The notes: generated by a model from the letters alone, not told the origin. DNA of 64,000 nt from Eledone cirrhosa (GCA_964016885.1 OZ024745.1:114452001-114516000), one strand, 5' to 3'. Positions 1 to 17,415 are shown, numbered from the stretch's first letter. Numbers and translations: made by a program.

Positions 1-1079
1 ACGACAAGATTACCTCTGATCATGGCAAAATCTACTCAATTAGGGAAACCAGGAGACTGTTTACACTCCTCACAAATGTCTGAATTATCACAGAAGTTTA
101 ACTGATTAAAAAAAACAAAAAGAAATTTCAGAGCCATAAGGGGTCTTGCACCCATAAAGAACTAAAAAAAAATTGGCTGAAAGAGGAAAACTAGGAGTTG
201 CGAGGATCAGCGAGTGTTCATATCTTGAGACATTCTGAATATAGGGTTGACCATGATACACATTTTCTGGCAGCAGAAAGCAAAACTATATTAGTGATTG
301 AAACATTATCTTGAAGAGATAAGCTGTATACTTTTAACAGTTGACTGCTGTTATTGAACACCAATACAAGCGGTGCCATTCACAATTTTGCTGACATTCT
401 CTCAGTCAATAAGATAAATTTCGTTGTAAAGTATGTGTTGAATGACAAGACATCTGTTACAAATACTCAATAGATGGGTATATGTATGGAGGACTTCATT
501 TAGCTAGATAACTCATGCAGCTATTCTATACAATATACTGATCTGTATCTTTTTTGCAACAATTTAAAAATGTCACAGTGTAACTCTATAGGGACAAGGA
601 TAAATGTTCAATTTGTAATTTCCATAGTAGATTATCGGCGATATCAATAGGAAAAAATAAGATTATAAATAATACTACTTATTTTTATTAGATGCTGCCT
701 GAAGACGTCAAAAGATTCCTATTCGAATCCTAGTGAAAGTGGTCCGGAAAAGTTGTCAGAATTCCGAAGTAGATCCCAACCCCGATTCTCATGGCTTGGC
801 TAACAAATTTCTGCTCCGGTATAAAAACAAGCTAAAGAGGTGTATTATACACCAGGCATCACTGATTGTTACTGTCTAGAACGGAACACACTGGCTGTGT
901 GGCCGGTATTAAGGTTACGCACCCCCTTTCCTTGCCTCGTACTGGAACTCAAATAAGCCTCAAACACAGTTTTAACGCTTATGTATGTGGGCTGATTAGC
1001 CTCATTTGCATACGGAGTATTAGGCTGGCTTGGCCTAAACAAGAAATAGAATTAGGGTGTTCGCTCCAGCATATGTAAG

Positions 1080-1146
1080 GTTTACTCTTTTACTCTTTTA
1101 CCTGTTTCAGCCATCCGGCTGAGGCCATGCTGGGGCACCGCCCTTG
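1080..1146 (-). mobile_element. SINE 3' tail fragment ending in (TAAAAGAG)n
   Basis: Reverse complement reads gtgccccagcatggcctcagccggatggctgaaacaggtaaagagtaaaagagtaaa; related tails at ~30210-30275 (-), ~37360-37405 (+) and ~49660-49720 (+). Confidence 0.6.
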
Positions 1147-1235
1147 TATATAAAATTCATAGATAAATACTTTCAAATATTTATTCGTAAACAAATCGTA
1201 TATTATTCGATATACAAACCTTACATACATGGATG

Positions 1236-1284
<49 letters not shown>

Positions 1285-1517
1285 TGTGAGGAGAGAAATA
1301 CACATAGATATGTGTTCGATTATAGGAGATATAAAACCACCAGTTGAACATATTAACCACCAGGTGAACATATTAACTACGGTTGAAACGGTGAATACAA
1401 ATTAATTAAAAGAATAAATCAAAGTGTACAAACCAGTCAAAAAGCTAGGAATTTGTTCCTTGCGCTTATTTGATTGTAGGGCATCACTGAGAGTTTTTAA
1501 CTCGACATTTTTTAATT

Positions 1518-5092
<3,575 letters not shown>

Positions 5093-5419
5093 ACAACATT
5101 AAATAAATGGAAAACTATATTTATAAAACCATATTTATTTCATTATATATATTTCGGGGATATCATATTAACAATATGTTATGCCTTCATCAGACAAAAT
5201 ACAATATAAACAGTTTTATAGATAAATATATTCGACATACCGTAATAAACATCAACTTCATTTGAAGAGGTTTACTCTAGCAGAGTTTAATATTGTAAAC
5301 CTCTAAAGAGGTTTAATATTGTAAATATTGTAAATATACTCCAAATATTTGTCGAGTGCTTTTATATCAGTTATAAATATTTACTAGTTGTAACCCAACA
5401 ATTTTAAATATAACTTTAC

Positions 5420-5420
<1 letters not shown>
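5093..5420. mobile_element. PLE-type pseudo-LTR fragment (family E3), rearranged, inside (TA)n
   Basis: 5093-5230 is the reverse complement of the HHR region at 8570-8710; 5325-5420 matches the 3' tail at 8700-8800 on the + strand. Confidence 0.7.
5136..5201 (-). ncRNA. Type I minimal hammerhead ribozyme motif (AUA triplet)
   Basis: Minus strand: tattttgt-CTGATGA-aggcataacatattgttaatatgatatcccc-GAAA-tatata-TA-atgaaata; 8-bp stem I with two G.U pairs, palindromic short stem III, imperfect base of stem II. Confidence 0.7.
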
Positions 5421-6610
<1,190 letters not shown>

Positions 6611-7190
6611 ACCCAGTACAACCTGTCGCATGGTCGGGTCGCCCGCGACTAAACCGGCAACCCCACCAAGTTTACTTGGTGAGGAGGGTTATTTTGGACA
6701 CCCTGCAGAACAAAAAAAAAAAACCTGACAAAGGGCGGAAGAACTCATAAGAGTCAACGGCCATCCAAAAGTGTGTAAAAATGTATATACGCATGTACAT
6801 ATGTATGTATATGTATATGTGTGTATACATGGGTGCATGTGTATGTATATGCGCGGGGACATAGAAATAGTCGGGCTGGACACCCGATCACGCGGTTAAA
6901 CCACTGGAGTGAAGGACCCTTAGCCGTTGTCAGGACATTCCTCTAGGAGAAGGCAACTCAGGAAACTGGGATAACTCCGATATAAAACCTGCGGCTCAGT
7001 AGTTACCGATGATGTTGATCTTTTCTTCTTTTCGGGTTATAGTTACTTTCGCTGAGAGTGGGATTGGCTCCGTGCACAGTCTTTCCTCACTTTAAAAAAT
7101 ATCTTCACGCACAGGCATTGCACGATAGAATTAATTAATAATGGTATATCGTGCAATGGCCATACTCGATAACGAGGTGGCAGCCATCAT
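6611..7190 (+). mobile_element. Non-autonomous RTE-derived element (5' part plus 3' tail), interrupted by a microsatellite
   Basis: 6611-6770 matches 10085-10230 (reverse) and 25800-25945; 6910-7125 matches 10250-10440; the tail atactcgataacgaggtggcagccatcat matches 10620-10650, which follows an RTE-type C-terminal zinc finger. Confidence 0.6.
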
Positions 7191-7978
7191 ATATATATAT
7201 ATATATATACAGTGGCGGACTGGCCAGGTCGCCAGCTTGCCTGATGTATATATGTACATATATATATATATATATAAGTGTGGGGGGGGGTTGTGTGTGT
7301 GTGTGTCTGTCTGTCTGTCTGTCTGTCTGTGTGTTATGCGCTATCATAGCTTTCTTAAAAAGTTTGGTGAGGAAAAGTTATATCGTCGATAAAACAATAT
7401 GTGGTGGGTTACTATATTTGGTAGCTGCATAACATTTATATTAAACAGTGTTTCTGTTTCTATGGCATAAATTTCATCATTTTAAACGTAAAAAGAAGCA
7501 AACCAACGAAAATAACACAAAAAGTATAAACACTTATAAAAGTATATAAACAGACTACTTAATGAGATTTTGTTTTTAGAAATGATGACAATCAATATAA
7601 GCCAAATACGTTTGTTATGATTACATTGATTATTAAATCACCTGACTACACTTACATAGAAATTCCAATTGACGTGTTTTCCAATGGATATACGTCATTG
7701 ATGACAGTGAATAGCGTCAGAACTGGAAAATACTATTTATGTGCCGAATTAAGGGAAAATACCATTTCACTTTATTTTTCATTCATTCATTCATTCATTC
7801 ATTCATCCATCCATTTTATTTACGTTCTTTTTGGCTTTATCTGTAGTATTCTTTGGAATTTTATTTATTTTTCTCTCCCCACCCTCTCTCTCTCTCTTCA
7901 TCTCTAGATATTCTAACGATTCTGAAGGATATTCAACCACTTCTCTTCCCGTGTGTATGTATAATACACACACACGCG

Positions 7979-8012
<34 letters not shown>

Positions 8013-8016
<4 letters not shown>

Positions 8017-8433
8017 AACGAGTAGGACCCCGACGGCTGATCTCAAGCCGTTTCGACGGCTAATTCAGAATTAGCTGTCGAAACGGCTTGAGCTCAGCCG
8101 TCGGGGTCCTATTCGTTCCTATTACCCACTCTACTACCCTAAGTATTGAGTACTTTGGTGCGTTATGGTCCACCTGGTTACTTACCACATTTCCTTCGTT
8201 ATATATATATATATATAAGTAAGTATATATATATATATATATATATATAGGAACGAGTAGGACCCCGACGGCTGAGCTCAAGCCGTTTCGACGGCTAATT
8301 CAGAATTAGCTGTCGAAACGGCTGGAGCTCAGCCGTCGGGGTCCTATTCGTTCCTATTACCCACTCTACTACCCTAAGTATTGAGTACTTTGGTGCGTTA
8401 TGGTCCATCTGGTTCCTTACCACATTTCCTTCG

Positions 8434-8435
<2 letters not shown>
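8013..8435 (+). mobile_element. Two tandem copies (period ~235 bp) of fold-back PLE-type element family E1 in (TA)n
   Basis: Each copy is a ~110-bp palindrome (ggaacgagtaggaccccgacggc...gccgtcggggtcctattcgttcc) plus an ~80-nt tail ending ccttcgtt-(TA)n; contains GAAA-stem III-GUC-stem I but no CUGANGA. Confidence 0.8.
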
Positions 8436-8465
<30 letters not shown>

Positions 8466-8474
8466 TTACTTATA

Positions 8475-8537
8475 GGAAAAGAGTCAGGACCCCGATGGTT
8501 GAGCTCCGGTCGTTTCGACAGCTAGATCCGAACTAAC
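8475..8537 (-). mobile_element. Family E1 single arm
   Basis: ggaaaagagtcaggaccccgatggttgagctccggtcgtttcgacagctagatccgaacta; homologous to the E1 palindrome arms. Confidence 0.7.
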
Positions 8538-8539
8538 CC

Positions 8540-8796
8540 AGCAGTTACTTTGCATTTTTTAAGGGTATGTCAATATTTATTTATAAAACTAACCTATATT
8601 ATATTTTATCTGATGAAAGCGCACTATAGTTTGTTCTGGTGGCCCTTGAAATATGTATAATGAAATAAATATGGTTTTATAAATATAGTTTCCATTTGTT
8701 AATATATTGTATATTTACTCCAATAATTTGTTGAGTTCTTTATATCAGTTATAAAAATATTTGCTTGTTGTATCCCAACAAATTACATTTAACCCC

Positions 8797-8800
<4 letters not shown>
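8540..8800 (+). mobile_element. PLE-type pseudo-LTR 3' end (family E3) ending in (TA)n
   Basis: Carries an HHR, then the tail atcagttataaaaatattt...cccaacaaatt shared with 5340-5420 and 15215-15312. Confidence 0.7.
8602..8667 (+). ncRNA. Type I minimal hammerhead ribozyme motif (AUA triplet)
   Basis: tattttat-CTGATGA-aagcgcac...gtggccctt-GAAA-tatgta-TA-atgaaata; stem I 8 bp, extended by tatttataaaact/ggttttataaata. Confidence 0.7.
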
Positions 8801-8852
<52 letters not shown>

Positions 8853-8860
<8 letters not shown>

Positions 8861-9540
8861 TGAAAATGAACAAACAAAACACAGGAGGCAATTGTACACA
8901 GCTATATTAGATTCACGCTTGGTAGAAGTGGAGGAGGTTTTGCCGATTTTGACGGAAGTCCTTCATCGGGAAAGTTCGGATAGGGGGAGGACAGAAACTC
9001 CGAGTGGGGGGCTGGGGGTAAGGGAGGGTTAAGGAGGGAAGTTGAAAAGTAAAAGGTAGAAAATAAAAGTAAAAATAAAAAGGATAGGGTGTATGGGTCT
9101 AGGCTGGGGGGGGGGGCATGGGTGTGGTAGTGTGTGTGTGTATCGAAGGGGAGAAAGCGGGAATTGGTGGAAGGTAGGGCTGCAAAAGTATAGTAACAGA
9201 CGGCAAATGGTTAAGTGTGTGTGTGTAGATGTAAGTATGTGTGCCTGTGTATGTGATGATGATTGTGTAGGTATTATTGTTTGTGCGGGTGGGGCACAAG
9301 AGTGTATGATGTTAAATATTTTTAGGTTGTGTGCGAGTGAAAGGAAAAAACATGTAGGAATGTGGTGTGTGTGTTAGTGTATTAGTGTGTGTGTATGTGA
9401 ATGATGTGAATGATGTTCATGTATGTGAGTGTGTATTTTTCTGTAGAGGATGCATGTGTGTGTGTGTGTGTCAAGATGGTCCGAGGTTTGAGGTAGATCG
9501 AGGTGAAAAGCAGTTGGAGGAGGTCAAGGCGGAAGTGAAA
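8853..9540 (-). mobile_element. Probable degraded PLE 3' region with degenerate HHR
   Basis: Flanked by (TA)n; minus strand has CCGATGA-aggacttccgtc-AAAA (~8945-8972), two changes from an HHR core. Confidence 0.35.
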
Positions 9541-9570
9541 TATATATATATATATGTGGGTGTATATACA

Positions 9571-9760
9571 GGGAAAAGTATGACCCCGACGGCAGAGCTC
9601 AAGCCGTTTCGACGGCTATTTCTGTCCAGAAATAGCCGTCGAAATGGCTGAGCTTTGCCGTCGGGGTTATACTTTTTCCTATTACCCACTCTACTACCCT
9701 AAGTATTGAGTAATCTGGTGCGTTATGGTGCATCTGGTTCCTTACCACAATTCTTTCGTT
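9571..9760 (+). mobile_element. Family E1 fold-back element
   Basis: Palindrome 9571-9680 with copy-specific sequence mirrored in both arms, plus the E1 tail. Confidence 0.8.
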
Positions 9761-9777
9761 ATATATAGAGAGAGAGT

Positions 9778-9779
<2 letters not shown>

Positions 9780-9860
<81 letters not shown>
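9780..9860. repeat. (GA)n/(GATA)n microsatellite
   Basis: Direct reading. Confidence 0.95.
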
Positions 9861-9864
<4 letters not shown>

Positions 9865-9879
9865 TGCGATATGAAGAAT

Positions 9880-9975
9880 CAATTCCAGTACTGGACTGGT
9901 ATTCAATTTACCGATCGCGAAGGGGTAAAAGGCAAAGTTGACCTCGGAGAGAATCGAACTCAGGGCGCAAAAAGC
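9880..9975 (-). mobile_element. tRNA-derived SINE group A, degraded
   Basis: aaaggcaaagttgacctcgg...gaactcag matches the group A body and B-box. Confidence 0.65.
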
Positions 9976-10002
9976 TGAAACGAATAAAGTATTCGATTTT
10001 AT

Positions 10003-10072
<70 letters not shown>

Positions 10073-10084
10073 TGTATGCCCATT

Positions 10085-10650
10085 GACTCTTAAGAGCTCC
10101 TTTGCCCTTTGACAGGTTTTGCTTTTAGTCCTGCAGGATGTCCAAAGTCACCCTCCTCACCAAGAAACCTTGGTGGGGTTGCCAGTTTAGTCGCCAACGA
10201 CCCGACCATGAGACAGGTTGTACTGGGATACAAAATCGCCGGGAGAGATGACCCCTTAGCCTTTGTCAAGGCAGAATTCTAGGAGAGGAAAACTCTGATA
10301 TAACACCTGCAACCCTGATGGGATCCAATGATGTTGACTTGTTCTTCTTTTTGGTAAATATCATCTTGATTAAGAGAGTGGGACTGGCTTTGTGCAATGC
10401 CTTTGCTCACTATAAAAGCTTCACGGCACAGGCATTGCTTTATATCTGGAGATCTCTCTGCACTTGTCGTCACATGGTACCATGGGCCCAGCACTGTGTC
10501 AATAATTGTCACAAGTGTAGTGTTTGTACCAGAGTTTTCAAGTCGCTGGCTGGACTAAAAAGTCACACTCGTTCAGCGCATCGGTAGGGGTTCTCCTACA
10601 TGGATATAAAGTAGTGGCCGTACTCGAAAACGAGTTGGCAGCCACCATGT
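10085..10650 (+). mobile_element. RTE-derived element with inverted 5' segment (10085-10240) and C-terminal C2H2-like finger
   Basis: 10085-10230 is the reverse complement of 6611-6765; 10510-10580 encodes [24 protein letters not shown] followed by a short tail into (ATGT)n. Confidence 0.6.
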
Positions 10651-10989
10651 ATGTATGTAAGTATGTATGTATGTATGTATGTATATATATATATGTATGT
10701 ATATATGTATGTATATATGTATGTATATATGTATGTATATATGTATGTATGTGTGTATGTATGTATATATGTATGAAATACATACATACAGAAATTCTTC
10801 CGGTTTTATTATTTTATAAATTTTCATCAACAGAGGGAGTGTCGGTTTCTAACAGAAACAAGACTCATTCATTGGAATTTAGACAACACCAACTAGGTAA
10901 ATACGTATGTCTGTATGTTTTTTTTTTTGGGGGGGGGGGTATGGGTCTTTACGTTTCAGGTAGAGGCGGTTTATGTCACTGTTGATGTG

Positions 10990-11835
10990 GAAATTTCTGG
11001 GGTCGGTTAGAATTTTCGGGTTTTAACATCAATGATTCGGATCTCATCTAATGTCCAGTCAAGTAGTCCAAATGTTGGACCATATTTTTCTTTTTCCCTG
11101 ATCACTCGTTCCTTGTTACAAATACCACCATAGGATATATTTTCACCTATACGCAAATATCTGTAGCAGTCCTCGTCAGATATTGGTGAAACAGTCAGAC
11201 CATTGATAAATGTATTGCTAGATTGGCTTGTAGTTTTTCCTCGCTTTACAATCACATAGGAAGATTTAGCCTCGCCAAACTCCATTCCTATAACTTTCGA
11301 GAACGTCGTAACCAGATCAAGGTTTTTCTTTATACCATTTATATTCTTAGCATAATGTTTCAGGTCGTCTACAGAGAAGCTATGTGTTAGGTTAGTGCCT
11401 TCCGACCTCCTGTGAATCAATTACATATCCTTTATATTTCCTCAACATAAAAGACAAACGGTTTATTGTCAGTATAAATAGCATCACAGTGAGACTGTCT
11501 CCTTGAAATAAACCCTTGCGACATTCTATTTTATCAGTGATAATATAGTCTCCCCTCTCTAATTTCGGGATGGTGGCCCAGGAAAAAAGTTATGTTCTCT
11601 ATGGCTCTGATAATGGTATCTAGGACTATAACGAGGGATCCCAAGCATCCAAGAGTAGGAAACACAATCGAATGCTTTCTTGTAGTCCAGCCAGATTGTA
11701 ACTAAGTTCCTCCTATGTCACCGCACCTCTTACATCGCAGTTTTGTTAATTAAGAGTTGCTTAGCACCCCAACTCCTTTTTTTCGAAGCTGCTAGCTCAT
11801 CTGTGATAATTTTGTTATTGCCACAGTGATCTTCG
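10990..11835 (-). pseudogene. R4/Dong-clade LINE reverse transcriptase remnant
   Basis: Frameshifted motifs QLLINK, TIWLDYKKAFDCV, KGLFQGDSL, SVDDLKHYAKN, FSKVIGMEFGEAKS, YRYL. Confidence 0.85.
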
Positions 11836-11989
11836 GGGAATAGCTTCAGACAAGCTGTATACATTTTATACACCAGGTTCTAGCATGCAATAGGTGGGAA
11901 GAATGAAGGAAGGTTTCCTTAAGATAGAAAGCTAATTCAAATGCTTCCAACGTTGATTTGTCCTCTAAAGGCACCGAAAAGCCAAGTGG

Positions 11990-12275
11990 TAGTGTTAGAC
12001 CGCGCGACGGCTTAGATCTACCACCCACAGTGGTCTCAGTGAGATTTGAACTCAGACACAAAGAGCTAGAAGAAATATGGGGAGGCATCTCGTTAAACAC
12101 TCTAAGAATTCCGCCAATGCGCCACCATTCTAAACTGATACTTTACTTTATTGATCCCGAAAGGCTAAAAGTAAAGTTGATTTCGGTGAAATTTGAACTC
12201 AGAACCTAGTGCGCTGGAACAAACGTAGTTAGGTATTGTGTCCTAACGTTCTAATGACTTCACCATCTCGCTGCA
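11990..12275 (-). mobile_element. SINE group A, about two degraded copies
   Basis: ctcagtgagatttgaactcaga and ttattgatcccgaaaggctaaaagtaaagttgatttcggtgaaatttgaactcagaac. Confidence 0.6.
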
Positions 12276-12445
12276 AACCGAGACCGAGAAACTCCAAGTA
12301 ACGACTTACACAGACTCAGCTCTGAATAAATGCTATACATACACCCATTCATGTGTGTATGTATAGGGGCTGGTTGAGTTGGGGTTTTAGCGTGTGTTTA
12401 TGTATGTATACATACACGCATGAGTGTTTGACTCTGTGTATGTGC

Positions 12446-12531
<86 letters not shown>

Positions 12532-12953
12532 GGCTTCTTTCCATTCGTCTCACTTTATCACAAATTTATTTATTTTTATTTTTTCGTTTTTATCCTTAAC
12601 TCGTTTATATGTCTTGGTCCACCTCTCTGTCTGCTTATCGTTATCTACGCGTATATTTATCTTTTCCTCTTTCTGTCCATTTCACTAACGTTTCCCTCTT
12701 CACGTATTTTCTGAAGCTATCTACGCCTGCTTCATACAGTCCTATCAACATCATATATTATTGCTTCCCCTCTCCTTTCTTCTATTTATTCTGGGTAATC
12801 AATATCTGTTGCATTCATGCATATTGATAGATGTATATATTGTATAAATAAGAACTTAAATGATGTATTTCTATGTATAACATTTCACACTCATTCGTTG
12901 AAATTTCGTCTTTTTAACTATTACTCTGATTGTCTGTGTTGTTGTTAGCCTTA

Positions 12954-13440
12954 CCGTATATACACGAATATAAGTCGATCCGAATATTAGACGACTCCCT
13001 TACGTCTGAGAAATGGGTAAAAATCCAAACCATGTGTATAAGTCGAAGCAGCTAATCAACACATCATGTTTAGATTGTGTAGTTTTGAAATTCTCATAAG
13101 TGGAGAATATATTTATGAAGTTTTAATATTTAAAATGTTTTAACTGTTATTTAGAGTATTGTTTTTGTTTCACAACTTCATTACATAATGATTTTTTTCC
13201 AGTTTCCGACTGTTTTGGAGTTCAAATCACATGAAAAAGAATAAGAAAAACGAGTTTGACCTCCAACGTGAAACCGGTGTAATATTCTCCTCCAAAGTAA
13301 AACTATTTTAGCACCTTATTTATGTACATTTTGAAGTTGGTGAAAATTGGCAAAATATTGATTTTGAATATAAGGTGTCCACCGTTTTGCTATCGACTTT
13401 TTTGTCACACATTTCTCGGCTTATATACGAGTATATACGG
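12954..13440. mobile_element. Tc2/pogo-like MITE with TA target duplication
   Basis: TA|ccgtatatacacgaatataagtcga ... tcggcttatatacgagtatatacgg|TA; 25-bp TIRs with 3 mismatches. Confidence 0.85.
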
Positions 13441-14619
13441 TAGATTGTATAGTATAATCCTAGGACCAGATCGTAGAACTAGAACAAGAGTAAGACGGAA
13501 ACTTGTTTTCTCCCAGATAGCTTCTAAACTAGAATCCATTTTTGTATGACAATATAAAAGAATCATCAGGAATTTTTCATTGTAAGAAATAATACTATAT
13601 TTTCTTACTAAAAATAATAATGCCAATGTGATTTAGAGGATCCATAATTATGCAGAAACAGTTTGTTGTTGTTTTTTTTGGGGGGGGGGGATCATGTGTA
13701 GCTTGTTAATACTTTGAAATGCATGTCAGTAGACAGTTTGGAATCGATGCCAGAATAGATACCAATAGCAAAAGAACGATTGAATGATATAGACCTTTGA
13801 GTATTTTATTCAGTAGCTGAGAGATGATTTTGGACGAGAGCCCGCTGCCTTGTTAATAACACTCTCAATTAATTATTTTCAAAAAAGGAGGCATTGTCAA
13901 TTTGTTTAGTCTACCTGTATGAATAGTTCTTGATAATTGTATTTGTCTGCAGTAGCATTGTGCTGATAGACTATTTAGTGTAATATTTAGTTGAGCACTG
14001 ATACAGCGTCACTTATAAATAAATAAACATACGGAGTCATATCCTTATGCATTTGTGTATTAACAATAGGGCTAAAATATGCCCCACGGGAGCGTTATGC
14101 ATCTATATACTACTAAATTTATCAATCTGAATTTCTGTTTGTGTTGACAACTTTAGCGAAAACAGTTCATTCATTGTACAGCAAGAATGTGCCGACAAAC
14201 GTATTCTTAGATACAAGTTCTTTTGCTTCTATCTTTCTTGTGTTGGGACATTTTAAACCAAATAAGGATTTCCCTTATTTTATTAACACGGAAAAGCCAT
14301 TTCCAGCCATTCATAGAAGAGAGACAATGGAAAGTAACGCGCGCTCACAATCAAACATACAAACATACATGCGAAAACAGAAACGCACGCATACATTCGG
14401 ACACACATATACATACAAACCCAAAACTTAGCTATAGTCTTGGACTCATACATAACACAACCCTCATTTAATCGCGAATGCCCGCTTTCTAACAAAACAC
14501 ATTGACAAGACAACTACACATACTTACAAACGCAACACATAGAGACTTTCACAAGATACCGACACAATATACACACGACTGAGAACATGCTAACAGAGTG
14601 AAATAAATACAAAAACAGG

Positions 14620-14755
14620 CATACATACATACATACATACATACATACATACATACATACATACATGCATGCATGCATGCATGCATGCATGCATGCATGC
14701 ATGCATGCATACATACATACATACATACATACATACATACATACATACATACATG
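14620..14755. repeat. Compound (CATA)n(CATG)n(CATA)n microsatellite
   Basis: Direct reading. Confidence 0.95.
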
Positions 14756-15012
14756 TGTTACATGCATGTATACATACATACACACACAAATGCATGCATG
14801 CAAAACTGAAGCACATGGACAAAACACATTATATATACGTCACGTTGCATTTGGCAAACGTGAAGAGATACTAATTTTATTTCAATTATAACTATAATGT
14901 TTTTCTTTAGATATATATTGTAATCATGTTTAATTTGCTACTTCACATTCACATTTTCAGCACACTAACATGAAATTTTACAACTATATATATATATATA
15001 TATGTATGTGTG

Positions 15013-15047
<35 letters not shown>

Positions 15048-15117
15048 TTTAGTAAGTAAGTTAATTTTATAATTTTCTTATTTTACGTCTCTCATATATA
15101 TATATATATGTATTGTA

Positions 15118-15170
15118 TAGAAGGAGCTTCTACAGGACTAGTACTGTTTCATTCAGATGAAATCTTCAAT
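15118..15170 (-). mobile_element. Family E2 single arm, HHR truncated at the core
   Basis: Minus strand tTGAAGA-tttcatctgaat-GAAA-cagtactagtcctg-TA-gaagctcc; homologous to 29850-29902, with the 5' strand of stem I lost at a TA junction. Confidence 0.65.
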
Positions 15171-15310
15171 ATATATATATATAATATATATCATTGAATA
15201 TATTTAATGTCATTGAATATTTACTCAGGAAACTGCTGAGTGCTCTAAATCAGTTATAAATATTTATATTTATATTTGTCGGATTTCCAACAAATTAAAT
15301 ACCCCTTCTA

Positions 15311-15360
<50 letters not shown>

Positions 15361-15589
15361 ATGAAATATATAACAGTTCTTTGATTCTTATATTTCATAT
15401 AACTGCTCTGTAAATCATCTGATGTTTTTACATTGAGCTACTTAACTTACTGGTAATAAGGTAGTAATACATTACTGCCTACCACTATTTAGGGTTTGTA
15501 TAAAAAATACATATAACTGCAAAAGGTTTTTGTATTTACATAACCATAAATAGTATAATTAATACTATATATATATATATATATATATT

Positions 15590-15772
15590 TCGTTTCTGAA
15601 TTTGTTTAACAAGATTCTTTATCTGAAATCGTGTGTTGAAACCGATGTTGTTATACTTTGGGAGGGTCATGTTGCCAATAAGAAACACACGCACCAGTTG
15701 CTTTCACTTCAATTTAAATGGAAGCAACTGGTGCGTGTGTTTCTTATTGGCAACATGACCCTCCCAAAGTAT

Positions 15773-15777
<5 letters not shown>
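15590..15777. mobile_element. Fold-back element in (TA)n (family E4)
   Basis: About 57-bp inverted repeat, 15648-15705 versus 15721-15777; the end atgaccctcccaaagtataacaa-(TA)n recurs at 29740-29762. Confidence 0.7.
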
Positions 15778-15820
<43 letters not shown>

Positions 15821-15822
<2 letters not shown>

Positions 15823-16019
15823 CGAAGGAAGTGTGGTAAGTAACCAGGTGGACCATAACGCACAGGTGGACCAGTAGTCGATACTTGGGGTAGCAGAGTG
15901 GGTAATAGGAAAAGAGTCAGGATCCCGACGGCTGAGTTCCGGCCGTTCGACAGCTCGCAGCGAAGTCAGACCTAGCTGTCGAAACGGCCGGAGTTCAGCC
16001 GTCGGGATCCTGACTCTTT

Positions 16020-16020
<1 letters not shown>
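15821..16020 (-). mobile_element. Family E1 fold-back element
   Basis: E1 tail (reverse) 15821-15905 plus palindrome 15908-16020. Confidence 0.8.
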
Positions 16021-16250
<230 letters not shown>

Positions 16251-17014
16251 TTTCCTTGTCATTTCTGTAAGAAATCTTTATAAACAATGTGGTGTCTGAA
16301 ATAATAAATTTCTGCAGAATAACTATGATTCTCGTTCGAAGAAATGGCCACTAACTGTATTTTTTATTTGACAGGCAATGTTGGGTATCATTTTTGTACT
16401 AAATATATCTTAGGATCTTATTTTTAAATTATTTTTACAATTACTAGACAAAACTCCACCTAAGGCTGTTTAAAATTGGAAAGCAACAAGCAAGGGAGAT
16501 AACATTAATAATACCAGCCTAGCGAAATTGCGACGAAGCAAATATGAGTGTATTTTGTATTTAAAGCCAACTGCTAAAAATAAACGTTAAGATTCGATCT
16601 TAGATCTTAGACCTTAGTGAAGCATATTTTACTCAGTTGCAACGCGGAGAAATGATCAGCATATATAGAAATAGGGAGAATGTAATGACTTTGGTTCGTT
16701 GAGAAGGGGATGTGTCATGTCGTTGTTTCGGATTACCATCTCCAACAAGTTCCAAGCTGATGGAAGCAATTTATCAATTACAAAACAAAACAAAAAAAAA
16801 AAAACAAAGAAAGGAAAATCGATTTTTGATAACACTTCAATGTGAGATGTAAAATTCCAATCTAACGATGCTACTGCTAAGCTATTGATAGCATTGTTGC
16901 TGCTCCTACTGCTGTTGCTGTAACTATAGCTACTGCTACAACTGATGTTGGAAATGCAAGTGCTGTCTGTTTCCTCATCATTATATTCAACGTTTTCATT
17001 ATTCCACGTAAAAC

Positions 17015-17415
17015 CAGGGCGGTGGATTAGTAATAATGGTAGAGCGTCAGACGTGCTCTGTGGCATATAGTTACAACCCTTTACATTCTGAGTTCAAATC
17101 CCGCTGAGGTTAGCTTTGCCTTTCATCCTTACGGGGTCGATAAAACAAAGTACCAGTAACGCACTAGGGTCGATTTAATCGACTTTCACTTCCCACAAAT
17201 TGGTAGCCTTGAGTCAAAATCAGAAACCATTATTGTTGGCAGAACCAGGTCGGTGGACTGGCAGTATCGGTAGAACGTCGAACTAAATGCTTTGCGGCAT
17301 GTAGTTATGGCCCTTTACGTTCTGAGTTCAAACCCGGCCAAGATTAACTTTGCCTTTCATCCTTACGGGGTCGATAAAATAAAGTACCAGTAATGCACTG
17401 GGGTCGATTTTGATG
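17015..17415 (+). mobile_element. Two tandem SINE group A copies
   Basis: A-box-like tggcagtatcgg, B-box gagttcaaatcc, body gcctttcatccttacggggtcgataaaataaagtaccag. Confidence 0.85.

Noticed and set aside
695-755. HHR candidate CTGAAGA...GAAA...GTC
   Set aside because: Stems I and III do not pair.
1335-1400. Possible G3-C8 HHR variant (GTGAACA...GAAA)
   Set aside because: No NUH triplet or stem I in register.
10318-10587. C2H2 zinc-finger host gene
   Set aside because: Single finger directly followed by a repeat tail shared with 7160-7190; it fits an RTE LINE C-terminus.
17015-17110. tRNA genes at A-box/B-box motifs here and elsewhere
   Set aside because: No cloverleaf; each continues into a multi-copy SINE body.
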